In this document: positions 24,691 to 35,559 of the stretch, in pieces
Position numbering within the stretch: position 1 is the first letter of the stretch
Layout of the letters: every line of letters starts with the position of its first letter
Origin: Tubulanus polymorphus
Lineage: Eukaryota > Animalia > Nemertea
Length of the DNA: 64,000 nucleotides
NCBI RefSeq assembly: GCF_964204645.1
Contig: NC_134032.1
Coordinates: 16,425,337 to 16,489,336 of the forward strand
Direction: 5' to 3'
Translations under genes and position numbers: made by a program
The notes under the pieces: generated by a model
What the model was told of the DNA's origin: nothing
Seen by the model: only the letters and a program-made list of their open reading frames with translations
Database searches by the model: none

Positions 24691-27600
24691 ATGGAGTCAT
24701 GTGAATTGTGTCGTCGTAAAGGCATCTCTTCAAAACTCGAATATTTTCAACTCAATTTCGATGAAGCTCTAAAGTCTTGTCAAAATCCTGATGTAAGTAT
24801 ACAGTGCCCTCTGCTGGTTTTAAACCACATTACACCGGGTCTCCTAATTTTAAACAGATGGTTTATACAGCGCCCTCTGTTGATTGTATTTTATACAGCG
24901 CCCTCTGTTGATTGTATTTTTCAGTGTTGTTTTCCGATTGGTCTCGGATTATTATCAGAATTCATCGTCAAACATAAAGTGCATGAAGTATCATCGTCGC
25001 CATGCCGACCAATTGTAACAATGAGCGGTGTAGATAACGAGTCACTTGCCACAGTCTCCTCTGATCGTCGTCACTTTACAACAAACGTCATTAAACAATC
25101 AAAACACCAACAGAAATTACTGAAAAATAGACGGTTACCGTTATCACGGGAACAGAACACTGATGTATCATCACCACGGATACCGTTACCGCAGCAACCA
25201 TTACCCCAGCAACATAGCACTGATGTATCATCACCACGGATACCGTTACCACGGGAACATAGCACCGATGTATCATCACCGAGGATACCGTTACCACAGA
25301 TTCTTGAAAATATACGATTAGGACATAATATACAATGGGTGAATAGTGACGCCCTCTGTTGGCTGGATGTGACACTATGTTTATTAGTTCATTGTCACTC
25401 ATTGCGTCGATATTTGAACCGTTTAAACACTGATCGCCATGACAACTGTGATCACATTTCAATAATGAGAATCATGTGTATAGTTTATGATCAGGCGTTG
25501 ATTTTATTGAGAACCGGACGATCGGTAAATTATCCGAGTTTAAAATGTATGCTCGGTACCGGAGGAGGGAACGGTCTGTTTACCGGTGGAACTCATATCA
25601 CTTCAGCTGAAGTTTTAGACAGTGTCGATTATTTGTGTATGAAAGGTGTTACGCCACCTATTGCCAGAGCATTGAAACTATTATTCTCATTCAGTTCACC
25701 GTCGAATGAACCAGTAACAGCTGCAGCAGCAGCAAGTATGGTACCATCTACAGCAGCAGCAGCGAGTACGGTACCAGGTACAGCAGCAGCAGCAGCAGCT
25801 ACCTCATCATCCGCTGCTACTTGTCGTCAAACATCTAGAATCGATCAGCTGAAAATGAAATATCCCGATATTTCTAGTGAGGGATTTGTGAGGAGTTTCG
25901 AGTTAATAAATGAACTACGCGAGTGTCTATTCTTACACCTAAAACCTCGTTTAAACTGTAATCGCGGAGAGAATGACAGCGCAATGATCGCTTTAATGAT
26001 GTTACTTCATGAAAACGGTGAAATTAGACAACATTTTAACATGGATTTTACGTGGAGGCTTCAGTGTGATATCTGTGGTGATATTAAACTAGATCGGTAA
26101 GTGTTACTGTCCAGGGGCTGCAGTGTTACTGTCCAGGGGCTGCAGTTGCTCAAAAGTTGGTTAAGATAACTGGCGGATAAATATACCATAATAACAATGC
26201 AATTGTCAATTGTCACTATGTCAACTATCCACTGGTTATCTCTAACCAATTTTTGAGCAACCGGTCCCAGTTCCCAAACAGATTCAAAACTACATCAGTG
26301 TATTACATGCTTTACTTTAAAACGGCTCAAATTGATTTTCATTGAATATCTGACAGGAATCGAGCTATGGTTCTAATTGTAGTTGTTGTATATTTACAGG
26401 AATGAGAAGCCATTAATCAGTTTCGCGAATACACCCGATCTATTTACAATGGATTCACCATATTTCGTAAGACCGTGTTATAGTTGTAATTCTCTTCAAC
26501 AGAAAAGATTCCTCATTATGAATCGGTGAGTGTAGTATGTTTTAAACTGTTAAGCCTAGCGCACATCGACGCTGCGATCGGAGACAACTAGTTGCTACCG
26601 AACGATTACCCCGCGCACATCGAAATCTAGTTACAACCGGTCAGTTGCAGCAACTGCATGGCGCATGTCGATCGTCGAAATCCAGAGCGCGCACATCGAC
26701 GGATATGACTGCGATTGAGTACAACCAGTTGCTCAAAAGTAGAACACGGGCAACTGGCTGGAACTGGAGATAGATCGACGCTTACCAATCGTAAGCTCGC
26801 TCACATCGACACATTCAAGCAACTGATCGTATCCAGCCAGTTGCTCTCATGCACCGAAAACTGCCTTGCAACTAGTTGTCTCCAATCGCACTGTCGATGT
26901 GCGCTAGGCTTTAGGTTCCTAACTGTGTGTGGGGGGGGGGTCGCTGTAAGCCGATGGAAACTGGATACATTCGACCATGACTTAAACCATGTAATGTCGA
27001 TTCATCTGCTGCAGATTCAGTCAAGGAATTAAGTCTTACAGATTCAGTATTAACAAAAATAAATCAGGGAATTTGTATGAATAGGTGTAAAGTAGTGGTC
27101 ACTGTTATTTATTTTGCTGCTCTGTTTCAGATTGTCCGGATGTCTAGTATTACACTTCATGCAAGGTTTACCGCCTCACGCAGATTTAAATAGTTATGAT
27201 TTCATTCACGAGGGGAGCCACTGGTATCGTGTTATCGGGGTCGTTCAGTACAAGAGAAATCCGGATCATTTTATAGCATGGATCAAAAACACGTGCAGTA
27301 AGTATCACGCGTTGATACTCCTTTCATTCTTGATACCGTTCAGATACTTCATATATTTGATTTCTCATTTTCTAATTTCAGATAATTTATGGATGGAATG
27401 CGATGGTTTAAAATTCCCAGTTTGTGATTACGATCAAACCGTGCCAAATATAGAACCATCAGAAATACACCTCGTAATGTGGGAGAGAACTGACCAGCCA
27501 ACAACATCGACCTGTAACCAGCCAACATCATCGACCTGTAACCAGCCAACATCATCGACCTGTAACCAGCCAACAACATCGACCTGTAACCAGTCAACAT

Positions 27601-29630
27601 CATCGACTTGTAACCGGCCTACGATCACGTCGACCTGTAACCAGCCTGCGATCACGTCGATCTGTAACCAGCCTGCGATCATGTCGACCTGTAACCAGCC
27701 TACGATCACGTCGACCTGTAACCAGCGTGCGATCACGTCGACCTGTAACCAGCCTGCGATCACGTCGACCTGTAACCAGCCTACGATCATGTCGACCTGT
27801 AACCAGCCTATGATCACATCGACCTGTAAACAGCCTATGATCACGTCGACCTGTAACCAGCGTGCTACCTGTTCAATAACTGATGATTCATTGAGTGATT
27901 TTGATGATTTATTGTCTTTGTTTCAACCTTCAATTGCTGCTGATTTACAATCTCCAGATCAGACACCTGCTGATTTACAATCTCCAGATCAGACACCTGC
28001 TGATTTACAATCTCCAGATCAGACACCTGCTGATTTACAATCTCCAGATCAGGCACCTGCTGATTTACAATCTCCAGATCAGGCACCTGCTGTATCCTCT
28101 GCTGGTAGTTTGGAATCTTCTGCTCATAGTCTGGGGTCATCATCTGCTAGTAGTTTGAGGTCATGTGCTGGTAGTTTGAGGTCATCTGCTGGTAGTTTGA
28201 GGTCGTCCACTGGTAGTTTGAGGTCATCTGCTGGTAGTTTGAGGTCGTCTGGTGTTCTGAGAACTGCGTCAATCAAATCACAAACTCCACCTCTGTCACC
28301 AGTTTTATCCAATTCAAGTTCAAGGTCGGTTAAAAGTCGAATTCAATCGATTTTACGTCGGACTGATAACAATACGGTGTCGTCCCCGGTTACCACTTTA
28401 CTCGGACTCAACAAACCTAGTTCATCGTCAAGCGTCGTAAGTAACGCATCATCTGTTTCTATGACAACTGCGAGAAGTCGTCTGCTTAAAATGAACGAAA
28501 GAATTGAGAATAAAACGAAATCGTATTTAGACCTGGTTAAACCGTTATTAAAACTGAGTAAATCACCGGCGGCAACCGCTACAACAAAGAAATCAGCAGC
28601 GTTCGTTAGAAACAGTAAATTCGACCGGTACGTTCCTGGTCGACAGGCAGCAGCAGCAGCACCAGCAGCAGCTGCAGCAGCTGCGACCAGTGGTAAACGT
28701 AAATTAGATATTCGAGCTAAAATTGATAAGATATTTGAAATGGGATGTGAGAGTGGTGAGGGACGCGAGGGACGCGGTGAGGATGAGGATAGTTTGAGTT
28801 CATGTAGTTCATCATCGAGTACGAGTTCTAATAAACGACTCAGGGTCACGTTTATAGATACAACGCAACAATCATCGTCCAATCAGAGAACGGCATCGGC
28901 CAAACCGTCCAATCAGAAGACAGCATCCATGAGACCTTCCACCAATCAGAGATCAGAGAAGAATCAAACGATATTTGTAGCCAATGATTTCGAGAGACGA
29001 AAAGCTGTAAAATTGTTAAATAGTGGCCTCGATATCGACAAGATCAACAGAGCATTACTGAACCCTCAAACCACTTCAACAATACTACCCGTTATTGAGA
29101 AACCAACGACGACTACATCCGTCTGTCATGATGCAAACTATGCTGCTGGAAAACATGTAAACATGTTTTCACAATTCAGACACTTAGCAAAACCTGCACT
29201 TTCTGTCGATGAACTAGATTTCAAATTAAAACCAGACATGGCCTGTAAACCAGTGACCACTCCAAGACCACTGACCACTCCGAGACCTGTCACCACTCCG
29301 AGACCGTTGACCACTCCAAGACCTGTCACCACTCCGAGACCAGTGACCACTCCGAGACCTGTCACCACTCCGAGACCGGTAAACCCAGTACCTTTTCAAT
29401 CGGAATGTAGGGAAAAACAGTATTATGAAGTCAATGACAAGAAATTGACACCAGCTTATAATCAATCTACTTGTCTCAGTACAGCAGCCATTATTAATTC
29501 TGTCACTGATCCTGTAAATAATTGTGTAACTAATTCTGTTACAAATCCTGTAATTAGTTGTGTAACTAATTCTGTTACAAATACTGAAAATGTAATTGAC
29601 AAATTTCTTCTCAATATGTTGCAAAATTAG
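24691..29630 (+). CDS. USPL1: SUMO-specific isopeptidase USPL1 (peptidase C98)
   Basis: Exons 24691-24792, 24925-26096, 26400-26525, 27131-27297, 27382-29630. N-terminal CxxC..L..FQLNFDEAL..C...C.FP motif, catalytic QWVNSDALCWLD, DHFIAW and WMECD. Confidence 0.88.
26133..26270. mobile_element. MITE in a USPL1 intron
   Basis: Inverted arms GTTGCTCAAAAGTTGGTTAAGATAAC / GTTATCTCTAACCAATTTTTGAGCAAC. Confidence 0.7.
26553..26910. mobile_element. PIF/Harbinger-type MITE with TTA target-site duplication
   Basis: ~45-bp TIR AGCCTAGCGCACATCGAC..GGAGACAACTAGTTGC, with TTA on both flanks. Confidence 0.85.
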
Positions 29631-30831
29631 AAAACTAGCCAAACTGTAGGCGCCCTCTAGCAGGAAGGACTATAACTTGGTCATATTGCATTTGTTTATG
29701 TGTTGTGATATAACAGTAAAACCTGAAATCGTCTCAAGCAGTTTGTGAAAATAATGAGGTTTTTACTGTCTGCAAATATTCAAACAATTTGTTCTTACAA
29801 GTTTTTCTATTGGTTTCAATAAAATACTGATAATAACGAATCCTAGTTTTATATGATTCCATTGATGAGCAGGGTTCACTCAGTGAAGGAGGATACACTC
29901 TGTGAGGAATTGATTCTGTGGTCAGGGGAGGATTCCATGGATGAGAATTAGTCATTCTGAGGTGTTGTGATCAATGGGTTACTCTATCTGAAACCCGGTC
30001 TGTTTGGTTGTATTTTTTGTTTGTAACTTTTGGGGAAAAATTTGTTTATGACCCTCGATCCTACTTATCACAAAAATGGTGAAATTATGGCATCCAGGAA
30101 ATCCTTCGAATGACAAAAACTTTCATCGACTTTAATATAAAAACACGAGCAGCGCCCTCTCCCCAACCCAACAAAAATATAAATACCCCGATAAAAACTC
30201 ATTCTATTATAAAAACAATTTCCCAGTGCTGTTAAAAGTCTTGAGAATTATCTCGGAATCCGGCCCGCAAATCGGTAAATAGTTTGTAAATCGGTAAATA
30301 GTTTGTCCATTACGGCCACCGAGAGACTTTGGCAAGCGGGTATTATGTTAGTTCACGCTTTCCCCGCTAACGTTGTATATAGGGGCAGCACCAGACGGTT
30401 GACATGCGAATATTTGTGTGGCGGGCAAATGATATATTAATCTTTCATTCGCAAATTCCATCAACGCTATTACGCTTCAATTAAGGAAATCATTTTTTAA
30501 AGGCTTTTGTAGCCACTTTCTAAATAGATATCATTCGCAGTGGAATTCGTTTTATAGGATTTTTGTTGTGTAGTGCCGGGGCTGTACAGGCCAATGTCAC
30601 TTGTTAGCCTAACAACTGTGTTGCCCTAGATGCAACTGAGAGTGGTTAATGGCGTATCTGTGGTTTGGCTAAAGCAGCTTACAATAAGAGACCACATGAA
30701 GACAATGGTTAGCGTCCATCTACTGATCTAAAGCTTCACTTGAGAAAAAATGAGAGACACAAAAATAAATTACTGAAATATTACATTTATATTTATTTCT
30801 TATCTGTTGAAGCTTTGATAACAAAGCGATC

Positions 30832-31145
30832 TGTGATTACCTGACCGGTCCGTGATTACCAGACTGGTCCACGATTACCAGACCGGTCCACGATTACCAG
30901 ACCGGTCTGTGATTACCGGACCGGTCAGTGATTACCAGACTGGTTCGCGATTACCAGACCGGTCCACGATTACCGGACCTGTCCGTAATTATGGAACCGG
31001 TCAGTGATTACCGGACCGGTCAGTGATTACCGGACCGGTCAGTGATTACCAGACCAGTCCGTAATTATGGAACCAGTCAGTGATTACCGGACCGGTCAGT
31101 GATTACCGGACCGGTTCGCGATTACGCGTAATTATGGAACCGGTG
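30832..31145. repeat. ~19-bp minisatellite (GTGATTACCGGACCGGTCA)n in the INO80C 3' UTR, including copies of the stop-codon junction
   Basis: CGTAATTATGGAACC occurs at 30984, 31060 and at the true CDS end (31127). Confidence 0.85.
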
Positions 31146-31683
31146 TATTAGCCTTGCGTAGTGTTAAATACCCAGTAATAATATCAACAGGTAAAGTACG
31201 TATTCGAGTGAATTCATCGATCGTTGTATAACGTAGTTTAGTTTGAGGGTCCGTATAAAGAGCTCGTAATCCGGTGATATCCGAGTATTTCCTCGCAGGT
31301 TTATTTAACGACGGAATCGCATCTAAACTTCCGTACGTCGGTTCATCCGTATTACGTGTCTGTCTCTCTAACGCTATTATCTGTTTCAAATTCTTCCAAA
31401 CCCGTGATTTCCTCATACCCGCGTTCTCCTTCGCCGAATGTACAAAGTTTCGATCTTTAAAACAATAAAGCGGTTCGGATTCCCCGCTCGCCGCAGTCTC
31501 CTCCAGCACACTTGCTACGAGTGTCTCTGATGTTTCTTCGATGTCATTATCTGATTTTTTTAGTCTTTTTGATGGATTTAGAATAGCACCTGCACCAGCA
31601 CCTGCACCAGCTGCTGCTGCTGCTGGACTTCCAGATCTGGAAGGTGTTTTGCGTTTACTACTGTTTGAAGGAGTAGTTGACAT
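31132..31683 (-). CDS. INO80C: INO80 complex subunit C (Ies6), intronless CDS
   Basis: FKDRNFVHS..WKNLKQII..TYGSLDAIPS..KYSDITGLRALYTDPQTKLRY..YLTLRKA (YL1_C domain). ATG at 31683. Confidence 0.93.
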   Translation of the reverse strand: MSTTPSNSSKRKTPSRSGSPAAAAAGAGAGAGAILNPSKRLKKSDNDIEETSETLVASVLEETAASGESEPLYCFKDRNFVHSAKENAGMRKSRVWKNLKQIIALERQTRNTDEPTYGSLDAIPSLNKPARKYSDITGLRALYTDPQTKLRYTTIDEFTRIRTLPVDIITGYLTLRKANTPVP

Positions 31684-32015
31684 GGCGCCTTGCTCCAACC
31701 CGCTCACCACCTACAAGTATCAAATTGTTTCCGTGTGGTAATTAGTACGACTATTCTAATAACGATTAGTTTTCTATGTTTAAAGGTGAGTTTAACGAGT
31801 TGATTTGAATTGTAAACTCACCTGTTCGATTCTATTTGAATATAAGGATAGTTTAAGCCAGGTTTCAGTCCTGTTTACTGAATATATTTTACTGATTTCT
31901 TCAAAACATCAAAATCACTACAAACACACCAGTAGCTGGCGCCCTCTAGTGATAGATTGTGTAAATGGCGGAGATTGTGATCGGTGTTTGTTGGGTGAGG
32001 AAGAGAACATTTATT

Positions 32016-32315
32016 AACTATCCTTTGAGAATTGTTTAGTATAGGACACCCCTCCCTCACGTAGGCCAGAAGTATTCAGTCCTGTCATTTTTGTGAGGCT
32101 GCACCGTTCAGTGGCTCCATTTCTCGATTTGATGAGGGCCGAGGAGGCAGTGAGTAGCTGCAGCTGCTGTGTTGATGAGGGCCGAGGCAGTAGCTGCTGT
32201 GTTGATTAGCTGTAGCTGTGAGCTGTGGTTTAGTTGTTATAGTAACGTATAAACAGTGATGTGTGTGTGTAATATTGATCACAGTCTCAGTCTTACAGCG
32301 AGACATACGACATTC
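32016..32315 (+). ncRNA. Candidate long box H/ACA RNA
   Basis: AACTA/TAGTT closing stem, H box ATAGTA (32239-32244), stem CGTAT/ATACG, ACA at 32310-32312. Family not recognised. Confidence 0.3.
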
Positions 32316-33001
32316 ATTTACTGTCCGTCTGTCAGTCTCTGTTAGTTCACTGGAGGAGGTATTGTATCTAATACTTCCGTCAGGCAATATTCTCTACCCT
32401 AGATTGTCCTAGGGTATCTTGTATCCAAGATTGTCCTAGGGTCAGTATCTTGTGTCCAGGATTGTCCTAGGGTCAGTATCCTAACCCTAACCCTTGATGC
32501 TGTAGTGGTTTATTGTATATTTTCAGTTGAGCGACGACCGATGATGACGATGTCTCCGATGTGGAATAAACACAGTTTAGATTTCAGTGAAATCAGTCCA
32601 AAACGATTATCAAACAGTTTCCCGATAACATTCCTACAAAAACAACAAAACAACAGCAGCAGCAGCGGCGGTTGTCGCAGGGTACCACATTTACAGGTCA
32701 GTCATTAGTTTATCATACTACCAGCAGGTCAGTGTGTCAGATAACTCCCCCTCTCCCCCAGTCTGCTGATAACTAGCTCAGATTACCGTAGACTTGTGGT
32801 TACCTCGAAATGGAAAGAGAAATTACAACCATTTTATTTTATGTCATCAATCGTTTTATTATAAATATATTTTTTATGGTACAAAATCTTAACTTAAACA
32901 ATTAGACTTAGTGCTTCTCGCCCCCTGGTGGTGGAATGTGAAGCTATAAGACGGTGTACTTGCCCGCCCTCTGGTGATGGAATTTGAAATAAACTTTTAC
33001 T

Positions 33002-34290
33002 TTATAAAACTATTTTCACTACGATAGAAGTAGCAGTTACAGTCGCTACGGCGATAATGATTTCAAATTTATTGATTATTTTACGCAGCGGTTGATTGGT
33101 CAGTTTCGATAGTCTCCACAGTTCGTATAGCGGTACAATAAAATGTAATAGGTCGGGAAACATGAATCCGATATCTCGAAAAAACTGATGTTTCCCCGAC
33201 CAGTTCTGCAGGATTACGTTTTCTATAAACTGGTCGCCGCTGGATACTATAATATGTAAACAACTGATCGATAATATTACCAGTAACTTCCTAGGAGTCA
33301 TCTCGACTTCAATATCGCACAGATTCAATACAAAAACAGTCGAAACGACTTCCGTAACCGTAAAAAACAACTGATGATACCATTGTTGATAGAAGTTGTC
33401 GCTATAGTAACCGAAATAACTCCACCACGAGTAATAATGAGAATAAACGACAGACGCGAATAAAATAAACATGGAACGTCTGAGACAACGGTTGCTTAGT
33501 AACCGTGTGAGGTATTTGATAGTTTCATATAAAGATAAAACGGCTAACATTGTTATAGCCCAGATTTTACCAGTCTCAGCGGTCGCATTGAAATATACAT
33601 GTTTATACTTAGAGGGAGGATACTCATAGGAACCTGAAAATAATAAAAATATATTTATTTATCTGAACCCAGTTCCACAGTTGTGGAGCCAGTTCCATAG
33701 TTGTGGATCCAGTTACACAGTTGTGGATCCAGTTACACAGTTCTGAATCCAGTTCCACAGTTGTGGAGCCAGTTCCACAGTTGTGGATCCAGTTACACAG
33801 TTCTGAATCCAGTTCCACAGTTGCGGACCCAGTCCACAGTTGCGGATCCAGTTCCGCAGTTGTAGAACCAGTTCCACAGTTGTGGACCCAGTTCCACAGT
33901 TGTGGACCCAGTTCCACAGTTGTGGATCCAGTTCCACAGATGTGGATCCAGTTACACAGTTAATTCACGATGTGTCTTCTCTTACCTTTATAGACCGTAT
34001 CGAAACATTCACACGTACACGTCTTTTTATCAACCTCTGGTTTGTTAGGAGTCCATATTTTCTGTATGATACCTAAACATGAAACAATAATTAATCAGCC
34101 GGTCGGGCGGTCGGTCAGCCGGTCGGTCAGCCGGTCGGGCGACCGGTCAGCTGGTCGGTCGGTCGGTCAGCTGGTCGGTCGGTCGGGTACTGGGGTTCTA
34201 ATAGTTACCGATATGTATACAAGGTAGCGCCACTAGTATCACGTATCCTATAAATGATTGCGTAAATCTGTGTTTAGTTTCGCCAGTCAT
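33002..34290 (-). CDS. Uncharacterised multi-pass membrane protein
   Basis: Three phase-1-joined exons: MTGETKHRFTQSFIGYVILVALPCIHIG-IIQKIW..CTCECFDTVYKG-SYE..YKHVYFN..HYYSWWSYFGYYSDNFYQQWYHQLFFTVTE..RDIGFMFPDLLH. Several hydrophobic segments. Confidence 0.75.
33665..33962. repeat. 20-bp minisatellite (CCAGTTCCACAGTTGTGGAT)n filling an intron
   Basis: About 15 copies; shares AACTGTGGAACTGG with 5007-6098. Confidence 0.9.
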
Positions 34291-34775
34291 TGTCGTGTTG
34301 ACTGTATGCTGCTGCTGCTGCTGCTGCTGGTGCTGCTGCTGCTGCTAGTGCTTGTGTATAATCTCACTACACTCACTGGTTGTATGTCTCACTGTATACA
34401 TGTGACACATACATTGCCTTTATGAACTCCTCCTATCTATTCACTAGTATATCTCTGTGTACATTGATTAAACACAATAAAAACTGGTCTCAATTTCTCA
34501 ACACAAAACGCACAAAGCCTGCTAGATTGGTTATAATCATAGAATGAATGGAATGAATGGAATTTATTACATCAATGATCCGATTAAAAACCCAGTTCTG
34601 TAGTTGTATCCTATAACAACCTATAGTTGTTTGTAGAAGGTTAAGTTAAACCTTGAACTGGCTATAATGGTTATAGAAGTAGTTTAATCATTGTCTGGTC
34701 ACTGACTTCTTTTTGATTAATCATTGATTACTAAATAAATGAAAATACTAAATAAATGTCGCATGGTTCAACCAG

Positions 34776-35486
34776 GCTACCTGTCAGTATACCTGTCTAC
34801 CTGTCAGTATATCTGTCTACCTGTCAGTGTGTCTGTCTACCTGTCAGTATATCTGTCTACCTGTCAGTGTGTCTGTCTACCTGCCAGTGTATCTGTCTTC
34901 CTGTCAGTGTGTCTGTCTATCTGTCAGTGTGTCTGTCTACCTGTCAGTGTGTCTGTCTACCTGTCAGTGTGTCTGTCTATCTACCTGTCAGTGTGTCTGT
35001 CTGTCTACCTGTCAGTGTGTCTGTCTGTCTACCTGTCAGTGTGTCTGTCTGTCTACCTGTCAGTGTGTCTGTCTGTCTACCAGTCAGTGTGTCTGTCTAC
35101 CTGTCAGTGTGTCTGTCTGTCTACCTGTCAGTGTGTCTGTCTGTCTACCTGTCAGTGTGTCTGTCTGTCTACCTGTCAGTGTGTCTGTCTGTCTACCTGT
35201 CAGTGTGTCTGTCTATCTACCTGTCAGTGTGTCTGTCTGTCTACCTGTCAGTGTGTCTGTCTGTCTACCTGTCATTGTGTCTGTCTGTCTACCTGTCAGT
35301 GTATCTGCCTGTCTACCTGTCAGTGTGTCTGTCTATCTGTCAGTCTGTCTGTCTACCTGTCATTGTGTCTGTCTGTCTACCTGTCAGTGTATCTGCCTGT
35401 CTACCTGTCAGTGTGTCTGTCTATCTGTCAGTCTGTCTATCTACCTGTCAGTGTGTCTGTCTGTCTACCTGTCAGTGTATCTGTCC
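34776..35486. repeat. 20/24-bp minisatellite (TCTGTCTACCTGTCAGTGTG)n
   Basis: About 30 copies; source of three spurious ORFs. Confidence 0.9.
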
Positions 35487-35559
35487 TGCACTACTCTCTC
35501 TCTCTTTCTCTAATTATCTGTTGTTGAATTATTCACATATCAATGACTGATTTGTAATG

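Noticed and set aside
29860-29962. Box C/D snoRNA (TGATGA..CTGA) downstream of USPL1
   Set aside because: No terminal stem or recognisable guide, and a 3' UTR context.
34739-35550. Cys-rich ORFs in three frames
   Set aside because: Translations of a TCTG-based minisatellite.
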